From the NCBI GenBank assembly GCA_964234715.1, contig OZ174276.1: a stretch of DNA of 64,000 nucleotides; one strand, given 5' to 3'. The notes under the pieces were generated by a model. It was not told the origin of the DNA. It saw nothing but the letters and a program-made list of their open reading frames with translations, and made no database searches. Made by a program: the position numbers and the translations under genes. Below, one piece after another: positions 12,011 through 25,636 of the stretch. Every line of letters starts with the position of its first letter. The stretch's first letter is position 1. This DNA is from Podarcis melisellensis (Eukaryota).

Positions 12011-13585
12011 GCCTTTCTCCCAAATTGGACTTACGACATTTAAAATAATAAAATGCACAGGAATAAAAACAAACTAGTTAAAAACAATAGATTTGTTGAT
12101 GTTGATGTTTTGAAGGTAACATGCTGGTCTTGCAGGGAGGGATTTTAAATGAAACATTTAAGTGAGCAAGTTTCCATTCATCAGAGGGCTGTGAATGGTT
12201 TTCCTGGCCCACTTCAAAAGACCGGGGCAGTGTGTCCGCTGGGGTACAACTCATTCAGGGGCACTACAGGAGATGTGAAAACATCTGCTCAAGTCAGGCC
12301 GGCGTCTTTCAGGACTGTTTCCCCCTTGCTAATAATTGTCTGTGTTCTGTCATCTAGAAAGGGGACTTTGTATGTTGTCTCCCAGGTATTCTAATGCTAA
12401 TTTGTTTAGTTAAAGAGAGAGGAGGCTAAACAGATGTGAGCCATTTGGTTAGGTTGTAGTTCATTTGTTAGAAAGTGCAAAGGCTTCTTGGGAGGATATT
12501 AAATATTACCTTAGCTATTCATGAACACTTCATATTTCAAGAGAGGGAGGGCGGCAGGGATTGCACTCAATAAATCAAGCTTTTTTAAAAAAAAAAAGAA
12601 TGATGGAAAAAGGCAAACATTTGATAAATCTATGTCATTATGCCTGCAGATCAAAGGGCTTTACATATGTATTTATGCAAGTGGCAACCTAGGAGACAAT
12701 AATAACAAACATAGATCTCCGGCGGCTTTGCGAAAATAAAAATTAGCCTGTTCTAATCTGTAATTATCTGGGAAATGTGCAAGGCAGGAGGTTGCTGGCT
12801 GCAGGAGTGTTTCAACTTGGTAAAACCAAAGGGATGAAACGGCTTCCATTCAGTTGCCAAATCCCAGGAAACACGGAAACTGGCAAATGTTGCTAAGCAC
12901 AGTGCATATAGTTTGGGGTAGTTAGATGTCTGTCACTACATTGTACTAGTATTTTTGAGCAAAATATAAATGGGGCTGGTTTCATAAATAGGAAATCAAA
13001 TGTGCTCTTAAGATATTGACATATATAACATAATCAGGCTGGAATCTTATGCCCATTTACCTGAGATTGTCCAGTGTTTATTATTCCTAAGCAGACATGG
13101 AAAAATAGCCAGCTCTAAGTCCCTCTCTTGAGTTTTGTGTGCTGTTGATGTGAGATAGAAATCAGAAGAGAGTCATTTTTTCACCAGTTGTACTCTATGA
13201 GCCATGTTTGCATTCCATGTGCTTTTAAGCAACAGCAACAACAGGTTTCAGATGTTAAAGTACTTCTCAATTATGCTTGTAGAATCTCTGCTCAATCTTG
13301 AGCTTTACAGCAGCCTTTTAACTCTGGTGCCTTCAAAATTCCATCGGCACCATGTATATATAGCACAGTTGGGCTAGCTGATACTGATGGGAGTTATAGT
13401 CTAACAACATTGGGACCAGGCTGGCAAAGGTTGCTTTACATTATGATCCTATGCAAATTAGAAGTCCCACAAATTTCAGTAAATATGCAGAGGGATAATA
13501 ACAATGGCAGTTTGATCTTCCACTGGTTGACTTGGAAGTGACTCTCGCCATAATCAATGGGCTTCCTTCCTCAATTCTAGAAAAA

Positions 13586-13709
13586 TCATAGAAAGGACCA
13601 CAAGGGTCTTCTAGTCCAACCCTCTGCAATGCAGGACTCTTTTGCCCGACGTGGGGCTCAAACCCACAACTCTGAAATGAAGAATCTCGTGCTCTACCAA
13701 CTGAGCTAA
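13586..13709 (-). mobile_element. tRNA-Lys-derived SINE with CR1-type 3' tail
   Basis: Reverse complement TAGCTCAGTTGGTAGAGCACGAGA...GGGTTTGAGCCCCACGTCGGGC resembles tRNA-Lys(CTT), followed by cctgcattgcagagggttggactag...tctatga. Confidence 0.8.
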
Positions 13710-14727
13710 GTCCCCATAACTTCTGATGCATTGGTTCCAGTGTAAATAGTTAATGAATGCGGGAAAGATCCATCAGTTTGATTGGCCCAAACATTAAAAG
13801 TTCATAAAAGGGCATTGTTCTCTCTGTCTGTCTGGCTCGAGTGAACACACTGTGTATTTGTGCTCTAAAAAGAGAAATGGAAGTGAAGGACTTTATTTAT
13901 TTATTTACTTTTCTTCCTTGTTTGACGCAACCACAATTGTTCTCTGTGTCTTTCCATTCCCCACCACTGTTTCAGATATTCCAGCCATTCGATTTCTACC
14001 TCTTCCCTCGAGCAATGTCCACACTCCATCCATCTCACTAAAAAATAAAAAAAATAAAAAGTTCTTTGACATCCAGCCCACATTTTTTCTTGACTCAACT
14101 CTGTCATGTCACTCCTACTCATCTCTCCTTGGAGCGCTGGAAAACACTCCTCCCCATTCAAGCCAAATGGCCTTGAGCCAGCAAAGAACAGTGTTTGCAG
14201 AAAGAGGGATTAAAACTTTAGGGGCAGGTCAGGGCATAAAAAAAGTATAATGACTTCCGGTTTCTTGGGAGAAGAAATGGAGCTGACTGGGTGTTTATGA
14301 TGGAGAATAAGAGTACACCCCGAACCCACTCAGCCAATGAAACCCAAAGGAGGGAGTTGTGTTACAACATGAAAATGATTCCCTTTGGCTGAAGATGGCA
14401 ACATTTCAAAATGAAGTTAGGCCTGATTTACACATTACAGACATAAGACTATGGAGACTGCTTGAAATTGCTCCACTACTTGGCTGATACTACCACAGAG
14501 TTGAAGGAAAGATTAAACTGACAAAACATCCTGAACTTCTGATATGAACCTAAAAGCCGCAAGTGGTGTGGAATGGCCACAAAAATGGGGAAACAAATCC
14601 ACTCTATCCATGCATCTCTATGATGCCCACTTATTTCTGCTCCCCACTCAAAATGACCACATTGCAATGTGCATGTTGGTCACAAAGGGGAAAGCTATTT
14701 GTATGCAATTTTCATCCATCAGTTCAA

Positions 14728-14817
14728 ATGTCCAATGATGAAAATGGAGTATGTCCAATGATGAAATATCCAGTGATGAAAATGGAGTATCATATAGCTA
14801 TGATGAAAATGGAGTAT
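14728..14817. repeat. Imperfect local repeat of RTGATGAAAATGGAGTAT (3 full + 1 partial)
   Basis: Units at ~14735, 14758 (partial), 14773 and 14800. Confidence 0.85.
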
Positions 14818-15289
14818 TACAGCCCACTGATTCAGTCCAGGACAACAGCCACATAGTAGCCAAAACATAGATATCAGCCCTTGTTCTACCGGAATCAGAG
14901 CAAATGCTGCTCTGTTTTTAGGCAAACCCAGGGCTTGGGCAGCTCATTTTGAAAGGGAATTAGTTTTATTTCCATTTCATTCGCCCCAAAAGGAAATTCA
15001 GTCCAGTTCAAGTTTGCCTCCTTTAAAAAAGAACTAATTCGATTTGAGTTCAATTCGCAATTCATTCATGTGGTACTCGGCATTTTCTCCAGCTAAAGTT
15101 TAAAATATAGTTAAGCAAACTAAGAAAGCATCTGAACGCACATGGAGTGTAATGTGAATAATGCTGTCATTTATTTTCCCAGTGATTGTACTCTTTAAGC
15201 TAAACAGCAGCATCAGTTCTCAGATACTGTAGGTACAATTAGTAGGCACAGTGGCTGCAGTCAAACACAAGAGTTAAGTGTGATGAAAC

Positions 15290-15312
15290 GTGTGTGTGTG
15301 TGTGTGTGTGTG
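15290..15312. repeat. (GT)n microsatellite
   Basis: Directly visible. Confidence 0.9.
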
Positions 15313-16544
15313 TTGAACTGAATTTAAAATTACCCAAAGTTCTACCACAATAGGAACTTAATTCACATTCAGTTCACCCAGAAATTATAAGAACTCCTTT
15401 CAGATGTAATTTAGAGATTTTTTGAATTAATTCAGTAAATTAGTATGAATTAGCTCATTCCAGGCGCACTAGGCTGCTTAGATCAACATATGAAAGGAAA
15501 TAATGTCAGAGGCAGTTTGTCTCATACCCATTCTTAAGAGCATTGAGAGTTAGTCCAAATGCATATCAAAAGAACAACAGTACAGCTCACTCCAGGGATG
15601 GATTGGGGAAGTCAGGAGATGTAGAGGGCTACAAAATGTGGGTGGTAATAAACTCCAGCTCAGTTCTATAGTACTTACTCAGTCCTTAGCTGGGGCTGCT
15701 GAGTAAGTGATTCCTGACCTGAGACTCCCTTTTTGTCTCTTCCAGTGGCTGGAGGAACATGAGAGTATGTGAGGGGTGTGACTATAGGCACAGGACTTTT
15801 CTCAGTTAAGACACAAGCCGCATGAGACAAAAGATGCAAATAATTAGCTGCCAATTCACTCTTTAACATGTTGGATCAAACAGCCACCATAAGTAACAAT
15901 CAGACTAGGTCAAATCCTACAGAAAAGACTAAATAAAGCGCAGTCTTGCCAATCAACCCTATCTAAGCAAACAAATACAAAGTCATGTCGACCTCCTTCT
16001 CTTTATTGGTCCAGATTGAGATTTTATGTTAGCCACTTGGAGACTGAGGAAAGAACTGGAGATAAGGGGAGGGAGAGCAACTAATAATCTAATATAGATG
16101 GCTCTGAACTTCCTTGCCTACAAAAGACTCATAAATTGTGAAAGACAAGCTGCATCATTCCTCAAGTGACCGGGGAGCCTCAGGTCCATCTGTGTACTAC
16201 ACACGACCCAAAAGAATGGCCGCATGAAGAATGGGACTGTTCTTACATAGACCACATGGAAGTTGGAACAAGTTTGCTGCATGATCCCCAGGCATCATTA
16301 CTCAGAAGTAAACCTCATTGAGTTCAAGGAAACCTACACCCTCGTAAATGTGCTCATGACTGTAGCCTTAAATTGTTTTAACATGTCTTTTTGCAGCAGA
16401 CCTCAACTGGGATCAAATACACAGATCAGTTGCAACTCAATCCAGCTGTAGCGTGAAAGTTTTCTAACCACATATTTTTCTTGTTGCACAATTTGAGATT
16501 TGATGATGCCCTTTTTGAAAAGCCTTGATTCAATCAGAGGCATT

Positions 16545-17765
16545 TTATTTAATTTTTATTTTTTTTAAAAGAAATTATAAAAGCTTTTCTTAGTTTACAA
16601 AAATACATGCCTTATCTCTTTTTTCAGGCTGTACAGTCTTTCTTACAAATCAGTTACATTAGTGTTGAGTACAGTATAAGGTTGGGGAAGAAGTGTGGGG
16701 AGAGGAGGGGTGGTGAGGCTTATATTCTTTTATATAGTGTACATGTGGGGTTTTGTGTCAGCATCAACTGGGTTGGTTCCCTTTCTATTTGTTTATTACA
16801 CTTCCTTGGTAGTGAGAGGTTTTGGGGGGGCAGGGTGTGGTTGGTTGTCTGTGGTTGGCTGAAGTGGGGTTTGTTTGCATTTGTGAGGGGGGAGGGCTTG
16901 TTCGGTTGGGTAAACCAGATTGCTTTATATGCTGTCAGTGGATTCTTGTTGTTTTGTTGGGCTGTATATGTGATAAAGGGGACCCATACTGGGGTGAAGG
17001 TGTCCACTTCTATTTATCCCCATGACAGTTTCAGTTTATTGGTTAGCTTTTCTGGTAAGGTCATTTCCCATACAATTTGATACCATTGGTCCTTGTTTAG
17101 TCCTGACAGGCCTCTCCAGTGTCTGGCTATGAGGCTTCCGGCTGCTGAGAGAAGGTGTGTTATAAGCTCTGTATAATGTGAGTGGTCATTATGATCTTGG
17201 AAGATGTTCAGTAGGGCCAGTTCTGGGAGTTCTAATACCGTCTTTCCCCGAAAGTAAGACATCCCCCGAAAATAAGACCTACTTCCAGTTTTGCCTCTCG
17301 CTGTAATATAAGGCATCCCCTCAAAAATAAGAACTCCCCGATAATAAGGCCTCCCCGGAATATAAGGCCCCCCGAAGCTACCGGAAGGCGTCTGACTCCT
17401 CTGGACCGTAGCTGTGGGCACAGCCACGCAGCTCACTGACTGGCCGCAGTGCAACCGGAGCTGTTCAGGCACCGCGAGGTCTCTTTAAATCAGAGAGCCT
17501 GTCCCGCCGCCAGGACAAGCTGCCGCCTGCTGCTCGCTCTGCCCTGATGGAGTCTGGCTGACTCACAATTAGACAATAAATGTGTACCGTATTCTTCTTC
17601 ATGGAAAAATAAGACATCCCCTGAAAATAAGACCTAGCGCATCTTTGGGAGCAAAAATTAATATAAGACACTGTCTGATTTTTGGGGAAACAGGGTACCT
17701 GTTTAGTTATTTTGCATATCTCTTGTAGGACTGCTGTCCAGAAGGGCTGAACATATTGGGCAAGC
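16545..17765 (-). mobile_element. 5'-truncated L1 (ORF2 C-terminal region + 3'UTR), interrupted by a Tc1/mariner MITE
   Basis: Minus-strand peptide QYVQPFWTAVLQEICKITKQV|LELPELALLNIF...AAGSLIARHWRG...WYQIVWEMTLPEKLTNKL, then a frameshift to FTPVWVPFITY. T-rich tail at ~16545-16566. Confidence 0.75.
17238..17695. mobile_element. Tc1/mariner (pogo/Tc2-like) non-autonomous element
   Basis: TIRs CCGTCTTTCCCCGAAAGTAAGACA / TGTCTGATTTTTGGGGAAACAGGG. TA TSD at 17236-17237 and 17696-17697. Subterminal CCCCGAAAATAAGAC repeats. Confidence 0.8.
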
Positions 17766-19087
17766 CTTCCTGGGCTTTTCTAGAAAAAATGAAATGGACC
17801 TCTTCTGTCACTTCCTGCCTCTTGCAGATGATGTGATTGGCTCCCGATGTTTCCAGGCAAAGAAAGAAGGCAGAAGGGGACTCCACATGCCCCAATAAAC
17901 TCCTAGAATAAAGCTGCCCTCCAAGTGGCCCATCTAAATAAGAGCCCGGGCCCTTTTCTACAAAGAGAAGTTACAGGAAAGGATCCAGATGCTGGCAGGG
18001 AAATCTGTTAAATAGTGATGGGAGGGGTATCCTCCCAAAAGCCAAAAGGTGTATGTCATCAGGGCCAGTTGGAGCTCTGAAGAGCTGGCCTGGAGTCTCT
18101 GAAAAGTCTCTGTGCCTGCAGCCTGTGCAACAGAGCCAGGGCGGAGGAAGCCTTTGCATTGCACTGGGAGTCTGTTAGCCATGAATCATTCCTGGGGGGA
18201 AAGGAGCCAACTTGCACAGCCCCTAACCAGATCCCCTGTGAATTTCACAAACTGTCCACAAGGCCAATATTATTTTCTATAAAGGCAATATTGTAAAGAA
18301 CACGGTACTCACGTCCACTTGCTGTAGCAAAAGAAAGGTCACCCCCCCCCCCGCCCAAAGCCCAAGCCCAAGCAGGGTGAGTTTGCTGCTAAGGAAAGGC
18401 ACCTGCAAGTTGACTTCAGAACACACACACCCTCCACTGCCACATTCATCCCAGGCTACAAAGCGCTGCTTGGCCGGGACTGGGCTGGGTTTGACTTTCC
18501 TGCCGGAAAAGAAAGCCCAGCTGCTAATCTGCAAGGCTGTAACTGATCTACCCCGGGAGGCCTCTCCGGAGCGCCGTTCCGCGCACCACCCCCTTTCCCA
18601 GTATCTCAGCACCACTCCGGAGGAAAATGCGAGAGAATCTCTGCTTCGTTTTCCCCACCCGCAGAGAGTGTTGAAACTGGCTCAGGAACGCCTGTTCGTT
18701 TTGTGTTGACGGCCAGGAGATGAGCTGAGCTGAACCAAACTGAAGCGGTCCCTTCCTCCTCTGGAAGCTGCCTTGCGTGAGTCTCTACGGACTGATGACG
18801 GTGCCAGCATCGTTATGCATTGGGAATGACTCCTGGCAGGACCAGTGCGATCAAACGGTGAGGCGCGCAATTTCTGGCGCGGAAGCGAGGCCCTCCCCTT
18901 TGACACCGAAGTACTGGGAGCGAAAGCGCTCCCCAACTATTCCCGGGAACACATTTCGGAAGAAAAGGCGCTTTCGTCCTTACGATTCTGTGCACAGTTA
19001 CTTGGGAATAAGCCCCGTTGCGATCAGTGGGGTTTCCTTGCAAGGAAGCGCTCGCAGACCTAAAGGCTGAAGTGATGGGCAGCAGCA

Positions 19088-19220
19088 GGGGTTGCCATAT
19101 TTTGAAGAGCAAAAAAGAGGACACATGATTTGCCGACTTCTACTTTTAACTATGGATCGCTATGACGATTCTACTCACGGAAGAGAGGACATGCCCTGGA
19201 AAAAGAGGACATATGGGACC
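19088..19220. mobile_element. Small hAT(Blackjack-like) MITE
   Basis: Ends GGGTTGCCATAT ... ATATGGGACCC with repeated AGAGGACA. A related fragment lies near 4570-4630. Confidence 0.4.
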
Positions 19221-19251
19221 CCGAGGATCATCTAGCCCAACTCCCTGCAAT

Positions 19252-19396
19252 TATTATTATTTATTATTTTAAATTTATATGCCGCCCTTCCTCACAAGAT
19301 CTCAGGGCGCTTCACAGAGTAAATATAAGATAAAAACACAGGTAAATAATTTAAATAAAAACAGCAAAACAATAACTCCCCTTCCCACATAACATA
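19252..19396 (-). mobile_element. L2-type 3' tail fragment inserted into a minus-strand CR1/SINE tail
   Basis: Flanked by duplicated GCAAT (19247-19251 and 19397-19401). The flanks rejoin to ...tctagcccaactccctgcaatgcaggaat. Confidence 0.5.
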
Positions 19397-22300
19397 GCAA
19401 TGCAGGAATCTCAACTATATCTAAGATTTAGGCACGTTTGCTGAACAGTTGCGATCGTGTGCACATTTGTCCACAACTCAGTGGCGCTTACTTCTGAGTA
19501 AGGGTGCCTAGGATCAGGCTGGGTAGGCACCACCACCGCTGCTGCCTGGGACGTGGTTTTAGGACCGCGATCTTCCAGGAAACTGACTTGCACTGAAATC
19601 TGTAAGCGCCACCCTCAAGTGCCAAGCGGCGTCCGCGTCAGTGAGTAGCTACCAGCCCTTCTTGTTTCGCCAGGACCGCCTCTTCTGTCACTTACCCACA
19701 CTCCAAGACATTTCACCCGCAAAATGTTCGGGCCTTTCCGCACTTACTAGTCACATTGGCAACGTTGCTCTTTGAGCCAACGCTTTTAAGAGTGAATTCG
19801 GAGCTGTCTGTCTGCACCTTTGGTCCCATGTGGCTGTTATGGGAGAATGAGGGGAGGTTTTCTCTTCCACACTAATGGTCGGTTGTGCTCAAGTTGGGGA
19901 AAGTTCTGGGTCTGTAGTCCCACCACCTCGTGTTCCTCCAGCCAGCAGGAGCTATGAGCATTTCGTGGGAATAACTTTTTAGCATTGTTGGGCGTTTTAT
20001 GCTTTGCTTATATATAATGCCTAGTATTACTGGAATTCTAACCGCATGGGAGGTTAGAAGAAATGTCCATCTGAGCTAATCCCCGAACTCCCTTCCCTAC
20101 CTGTCATGTCTCTCCTCCCAACTGAAGGACTGGCACAGGAAAGTAGCGCAAAACAGACAACTCGAAACCACACCCACCCATCCATTTTCCCCACAGAAAG
20201 TGAGCTGATGCTTACGCACATGTCACGCTAAAGAAAATATTCAGGATCCGTTCCAGATCTTTGACAGATGTCAGATGGAGGGGAGGGGAGAAAAAGCGTC
20301 CTTTTGAGGAAGATATTCCGGAATAGTAGCGGAATAATGACGACGTCGTGTGGCAACACGCCAAAACATCGAAAACAACAACAATCCCATAAAGTGCGTG
20401 TGTAGAATGGCCCTTTATTTTGCACAGAGTCCCTCAAATGCCGACGAAGTTTTGCACAAACTTATGCGCAAACCCTTTTGCGTATCCAGACGCATCCCTG
20501 ACGCCCAAATGTCGATTCTGAATACCTGCAAGTCTTTCATACATTCACCCCGCACTCAAACATGATCTCTCTCACACACGCACAGCTTTTTCCACAGGCT
20601 CAATATTTTAAAAATAAAAATAAAGTCAGGGAGAGAGAGGGTGGGGAGAGGAATTTCTTCATCGTTTCCTTCGAAAAACCCCAAGAAATTAAAAGTCAGT
20701 TTTCCTGCCCCGGAAGGGAAGAAGCAAGATTAGGCAAGGAGACTCTCGGTGTCTTTATGAGTGAGGGAGCTGTGCAGATGTGGATCAACGGATTCCATTT
20801 CTCTTTGATCACCTCATTTTGAAAGGATCTTAATGAATAGTGATCTTCTGGGGCTCCTCATCCCCTTGTGTTCTTTGAGTGGAGATGCCTCTTTCGCCAT
20901 CCCCCCACTTTTAAAGGATTATTGTCAAGTTCCTGAGAAACTGAGGACTGCTGGACAATGAAATACAAATCTCTTCCCATTCTTCGAAAGAAAGCGAAGT
21001 GTTTTTTCTCCTAAGCAGGCTGGGGAGGGGGGCGAACCGGAGCTGCAATCCCGATCGCCACGGCTGGGGAGTCAAATCCCATTGAGATAGTGGGATTTAG
21101 GGCTGGGCTAATACTCTGAGGATTGCAGCTAATGTGAAAATTAGGAACACCTTTGGGGCATCTTGAGAATGGAGTTAAATTGAGCGAAAGATTGGTGTGT
21201 GGTATTTGGAGGTGCGGGGAAACAAGGATTGGTTTCTTCATTCCAGAGCGCACTCTTGCAATTTCTTTCCAAGACTGAAATCGTTAGAATATCCTGAAAG
21301 AACTTCACTTCGCTGGGGTTTTCATTTGAGAGAGTCTGTTCGTGATTACCAGCTTTTGTCGACTCAGTTGGAAAGTTCACGCTTGCCCCCCCCCCCTCCA
21401 AGCTTTGGCGACCCATAAAATTTCTTTCACTCCAAAAAGAGGGTTGAGGGAGGGGAGAAAGAAACTTTTCTCTCCCTCTGAAAACTTGCGGGGAGCCTTC
21501 TGTCATTTTTCATGTTGCCACCACAGAAGATTCGGATCACAGGGAACTGAATTTCCCTTCCAATCTGGTTCAGCCCCCCCCCCTACATGTCCACACACCC
21601 CTTCCCGCTTGCTCCCTTCGGCGCATTTATTGTCTTCATTTTAAAGTTCTCTGGGAGCTTGCAGCAGACTGCTATTTAAACAGAATCCGATTCGGCTTCG
21701 CTTCGCTTCCACACCAGCGGTAACCACGGGATCGTTTTCGGGGATTTTGCCCCGAGTCTCATCTAGCAGTCAATTGACTTTTTGAGAAGTAGAAAAATAA
21801 GCGGAGAGAAGGGTATTATTTATTTACATTGATTTCACTAATTTTTAATTTTTTTTGCATTTTTGTCCTCCGCGGTGGCCCTGTGAGGCAATGAGGTGAC
21901 TTTCGTCTTAATGGTCTCTTATTCCTACCCCACCTCTCTATACCTCAAAATGTAGTTGGGGGCTTTCTGCTCATCCTACTGCGTGGGGGGGGGCTCTGGA
22001 ATCATGTCCCCAAATCGGAAGCGAAGACGTCCCCCACCCCCGAAGGCAAGTTGCGCCACTATCGACGCGATGCAGTCTTTCCCCCTTGACAAGAAATCCA
22101 TTGACACTGGTTTGAAGCGGATCCGAATTATATCGGTTGTACTGTCCCTAGCTTTTAAGCCTGTCCCTTCCCGCCCCGCGAAACAAGGAAGACATGGGGA
22201 GCGGGAACCTTCACACTTCGACGTGAGCTCTCCCCCCCCCCCCACACACTTTCAGCCCGGACGCTGAAATCTATTAGGCAACTGCGTGTCCTCCTGCGAA

Positions 22301-24485
22301 AGAGAATTTGGACGGCTTACACAGCCCCTTCTTCACATTTTAAGCGCCTTTACTGAGAAAATCCTTCCGACTCCAGTGGACGTGGCTGCAAAGCGGACGT
22401 TAATTTTTCTCCCCTCTGAAGTAAAGAAAGTCCCGTGGAGCTCACGGGAATTTGTTTCGGGGAAAACGTGGCAAGGATGGGGAGGCCGGTGTCCTTAGGA
22501 TCCGGCCCAAGTTCGGCTAACTACAGGATCCTAACCATGTTTACTCGGAAGCAAGTCCCGGTGACTTCATTGGGGACTATCGAATATCTTTTTGCTGAAA
22601 ACTTGTATGTGCTTGTGTAACACACATGCGGCTTAGAACAGAAGCTAGATTGTACGTGACAGTTGAATATGAGGGAAATTGGGACTTCTAGGACATGACC
22701 AAGAAAGAGGGTAGTAAATATAAATAAAATAAAATCCAAATTATTTCCAAGAGTTGGGCTCAAAGAACAGAAAACTTTCTGCCCCTCTAGAACAGAGAGA
22801 CTCCTTTCTTTTTTTCTAGCTGTCTCTCCTTATCCCGTCGGCAGCATAGAAAATGTTCTGGAGTGATTTACGTAAGTCCCATCGCTGGAAGACGCCACAG
22901 GGGCAGAAATAAAAATAAATATAAGAGTTGTTTTTTCTTCCTTGTAAAAGTTTTCCACTTTCTGATATTCCTCCCTCCATTTCGAATAAACCAAATAATG
23001 TTACACTAATACAAATAATAAAAACAAGGATCAATTAACACATCTTGACAATTCCCCGCACTCCTTCCTTGTTATTTTGGACGCCAGTTCTAAATAAGCA
23101 CATGAGCAAGTGAGATTTAAATTGGGCCGATATTACTCCTAAGTATTGACAGTTCGAATTCTTCGGCTCACTTGTTCCTAGATTTCAGTGGAAGATCTCC
23201 ACCTCCGAGTTCAGAAGTAAACCGTCATGGCTGGAAAATCCTACCATCCCCCTCAGTCAAGGCGAAGTACTTTACTCAAAGTATGATTTGAGCAAAACGA
23301 GCTGCTTGGAAGGAAGCCTCGCGGTTTTAGCCCCGAGCCCCTTCTGCTGAAAGTGCTTGGAAACTCCCGCGGCAAAAGCGCGGCTTCACACGAAACCAGC
23401 TGTAGCGCATCTCCGTCCAGTGTCACCGACGTTTCCATGTTATGCACGTTAGATTTGCTTACGGCTTTTTATCTGGAAATGGGCACACTAAATAGTAAGG
23501 GTGTGGTTGTGGTTTTTTGTTTTATTTTACTTAAGAAGGGGGCACACACACAGAACGAGATTTGGGGCATCTTCCTAAAGCTAAAGTCCCACCAGAAAGG
23601 GGTTTTGAACAAGGTCCGCACGTGGCAAAAAAAGAAGGGCGAAGCAGCTCCAGAAGCGTTGGGCGTGGAAACTGGTCTCACACTGTTATGCACGCCTTCA
23701 TTTCACTACGGTTCCGCTTCTAACTTTGCCTAGGATTGCAGTGAAACTTTAAAAGTAACTTGACTTGGTGAACCAATTGGCGTAATACGGTCCTGCAGTG
23801 ATTTGTTCGGTAAGAATGGCAATGGGATCGTGACGCACTTAGAGCTAAGGCGAGTGCTGTGTGTGTTTGTGGTGATTCTTTGCTACTTTTCAGTTCCGGG
23901 CCAACCTAAAGCCCGTCACGTCTTCGAATGGATCGGGGCTCTTCCTGCTGTTTGTTTGAACCGAGCATCTGCCACCTTCCAAATCTCCTTCCTCGTGGCC
24001 GTGGGGGCTTCCCTCCCTCCTCCCAGGATGTGCGAAAGAGCCGCCCCCGCGATCCGAGGATGACAGAAAAGGGCCGAGTTCCTTGGGGGTGTGAGAGAGT
24101 GGGAGTTACAGGAAATGGAAGGGAAACCGGACGATTCCCACCGACCCCCCCTTTCCCTGGATCTCCCAGGAAAACGCTGGAAGCCTGGCAGACAGGCAAC
24201 GATGCTGCAGGCATCCGACTTCTTCAAGAGACGTCATGCATTGGGGGTCGTGCTACTCGAGAGTAAAGAGCTCGGGGACACGGGAGGATCTGAGAGATCG
24301 TTTGCCAGGGGAAGACCGACCGGGAGGCAGGCACGCCCTAGATAATCAAGTCCTCCCCCCCCCAATCATTTCACAAAGTTTTCATTCTCAGGTCTGGCAC
24401 AAGCCATTGTCTGTGGACTGGAGAGGGAGTCCTTGCGGGGAAGAGGGATGAGGATGGGGAAGAGGGCCATTCATTGCCCCAAGGA

Positions 24486-24515
24486 GGGAGGGAGGGAGGG
24501 AGGGAGGATGGGGGG
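24486..24515 (+). repeat. (GGGA)n tract with G-quadruplex potential
   Basis: Five GGG runs separated by a single A. Confidence 0.75.
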
Positions 24516-25636
24516 CAGCGGCGAGGCTTCCCTCCCAGTGCTCCTGGGACTTCAAGAAGTTTGGATGGGAAAGGGAGGGTGGCTCTCGCGAGGCATCCCT
24601 CGAATATCCTCCCCCAAAAGGAAGCAAGACCCTCCAGTAGATCAGTCGGTCAGACTTTGATGCGCTCATACCGCTTTTTAGAAAATTTCTAGCATTTTAT
24701 TCCTGTCCTCCTCCTCCGAACAGGTTCGAAACGTTCTTATTTCCATTTTCTAGACGATCGTCACCTCCGTATTAGCAAGAGCACAACCCCCTTTCTTAGT
24801 ATCATGGGATGGTTACCCTGAGTGTAAACAAACGGGGCCCAGTTTCGAAGTGATTCGAGGACTGAGGCAGAGAGAAGGATGGAGGTGGAGGCAGTTGGGA
24901 AAGGGGGTCTTTGTTTGCCGGACAGGGCTACACAGGACGGCTGCAGGAGGACAGAAGGTGTCGCAGTTTGAGGTGGGAGCGGAGCGCTGAACCGGCCGGA
25001 CAGGCGGAGCAGGAGCGCGCGGCCCCACCGAGACAAGGGCCTAAGTGTGACAGCATCCCCTCACACCCTGCTGTCCGTGGTACCTCGTGCAATAGAAGGC
25101 CGCGCATTTGCGCTCCGACTCCGTGAATCCGGAGCAGGTTGCTTCGATTCCCTTTACTAATCCGGATCTCCACCTCACCCCACCCGCAGTCCCCAAATCT
25201 CGCCGTTTCCGGCTCTTTGACCGACGTGAGATGAAGCTAACTAAGTCCCACGATTTCGTGCTGGTTTATTCGACGTGCCCACTGAGTCACTGCGGCCTTA
25301 AGCGATCTTGACCGCACCCCCCCTCCAAACTTGGTTAGACGGTTACTCAGATTATATGCCACTGGTATGCCACTGGGTTGCAGCAGCCTTTAAGCCACAT
25401 AATATGCTGGGGTGTGTGTGTGTGCATGTGTGTATGTTGAGGTCTGGTTGATGCTGGTGCGTGCAGGTAAAGACACCAGCGTGCTGTTTTGCTAGAGCTC
25501 TTACTTCCCGCAAGGAAGATGAGATGAGAGGGGAAGCAGCGTTCACTGGGCAGCTGCCTGAAAAGCCATCCCGCCCCCGTCTAAGAGATTCCTTCCCACC
25601 CTTTGGTCAATTGCACTTATTCACGCGGTTGCCTCG

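Noticed and set aside
13586-13709. Functional tRNA-Lys genes here and at 25637
   Set aside because: Damaged or deleted anticodon arm and attached CR1 tail show they are SINEs.
17014-17472. 152-aa ORF as a novel gene
   Set aside because: Chimera of MITE sequence and L1 ORF2 remnant.
17238-17695. Spaced CCCCGAAAATAAGAC repeats as a CRISPR-like array
   Set aside because: Irregular spacing, vertebrate context, and location inside a TIR element; they are subterminal transposon repeats.
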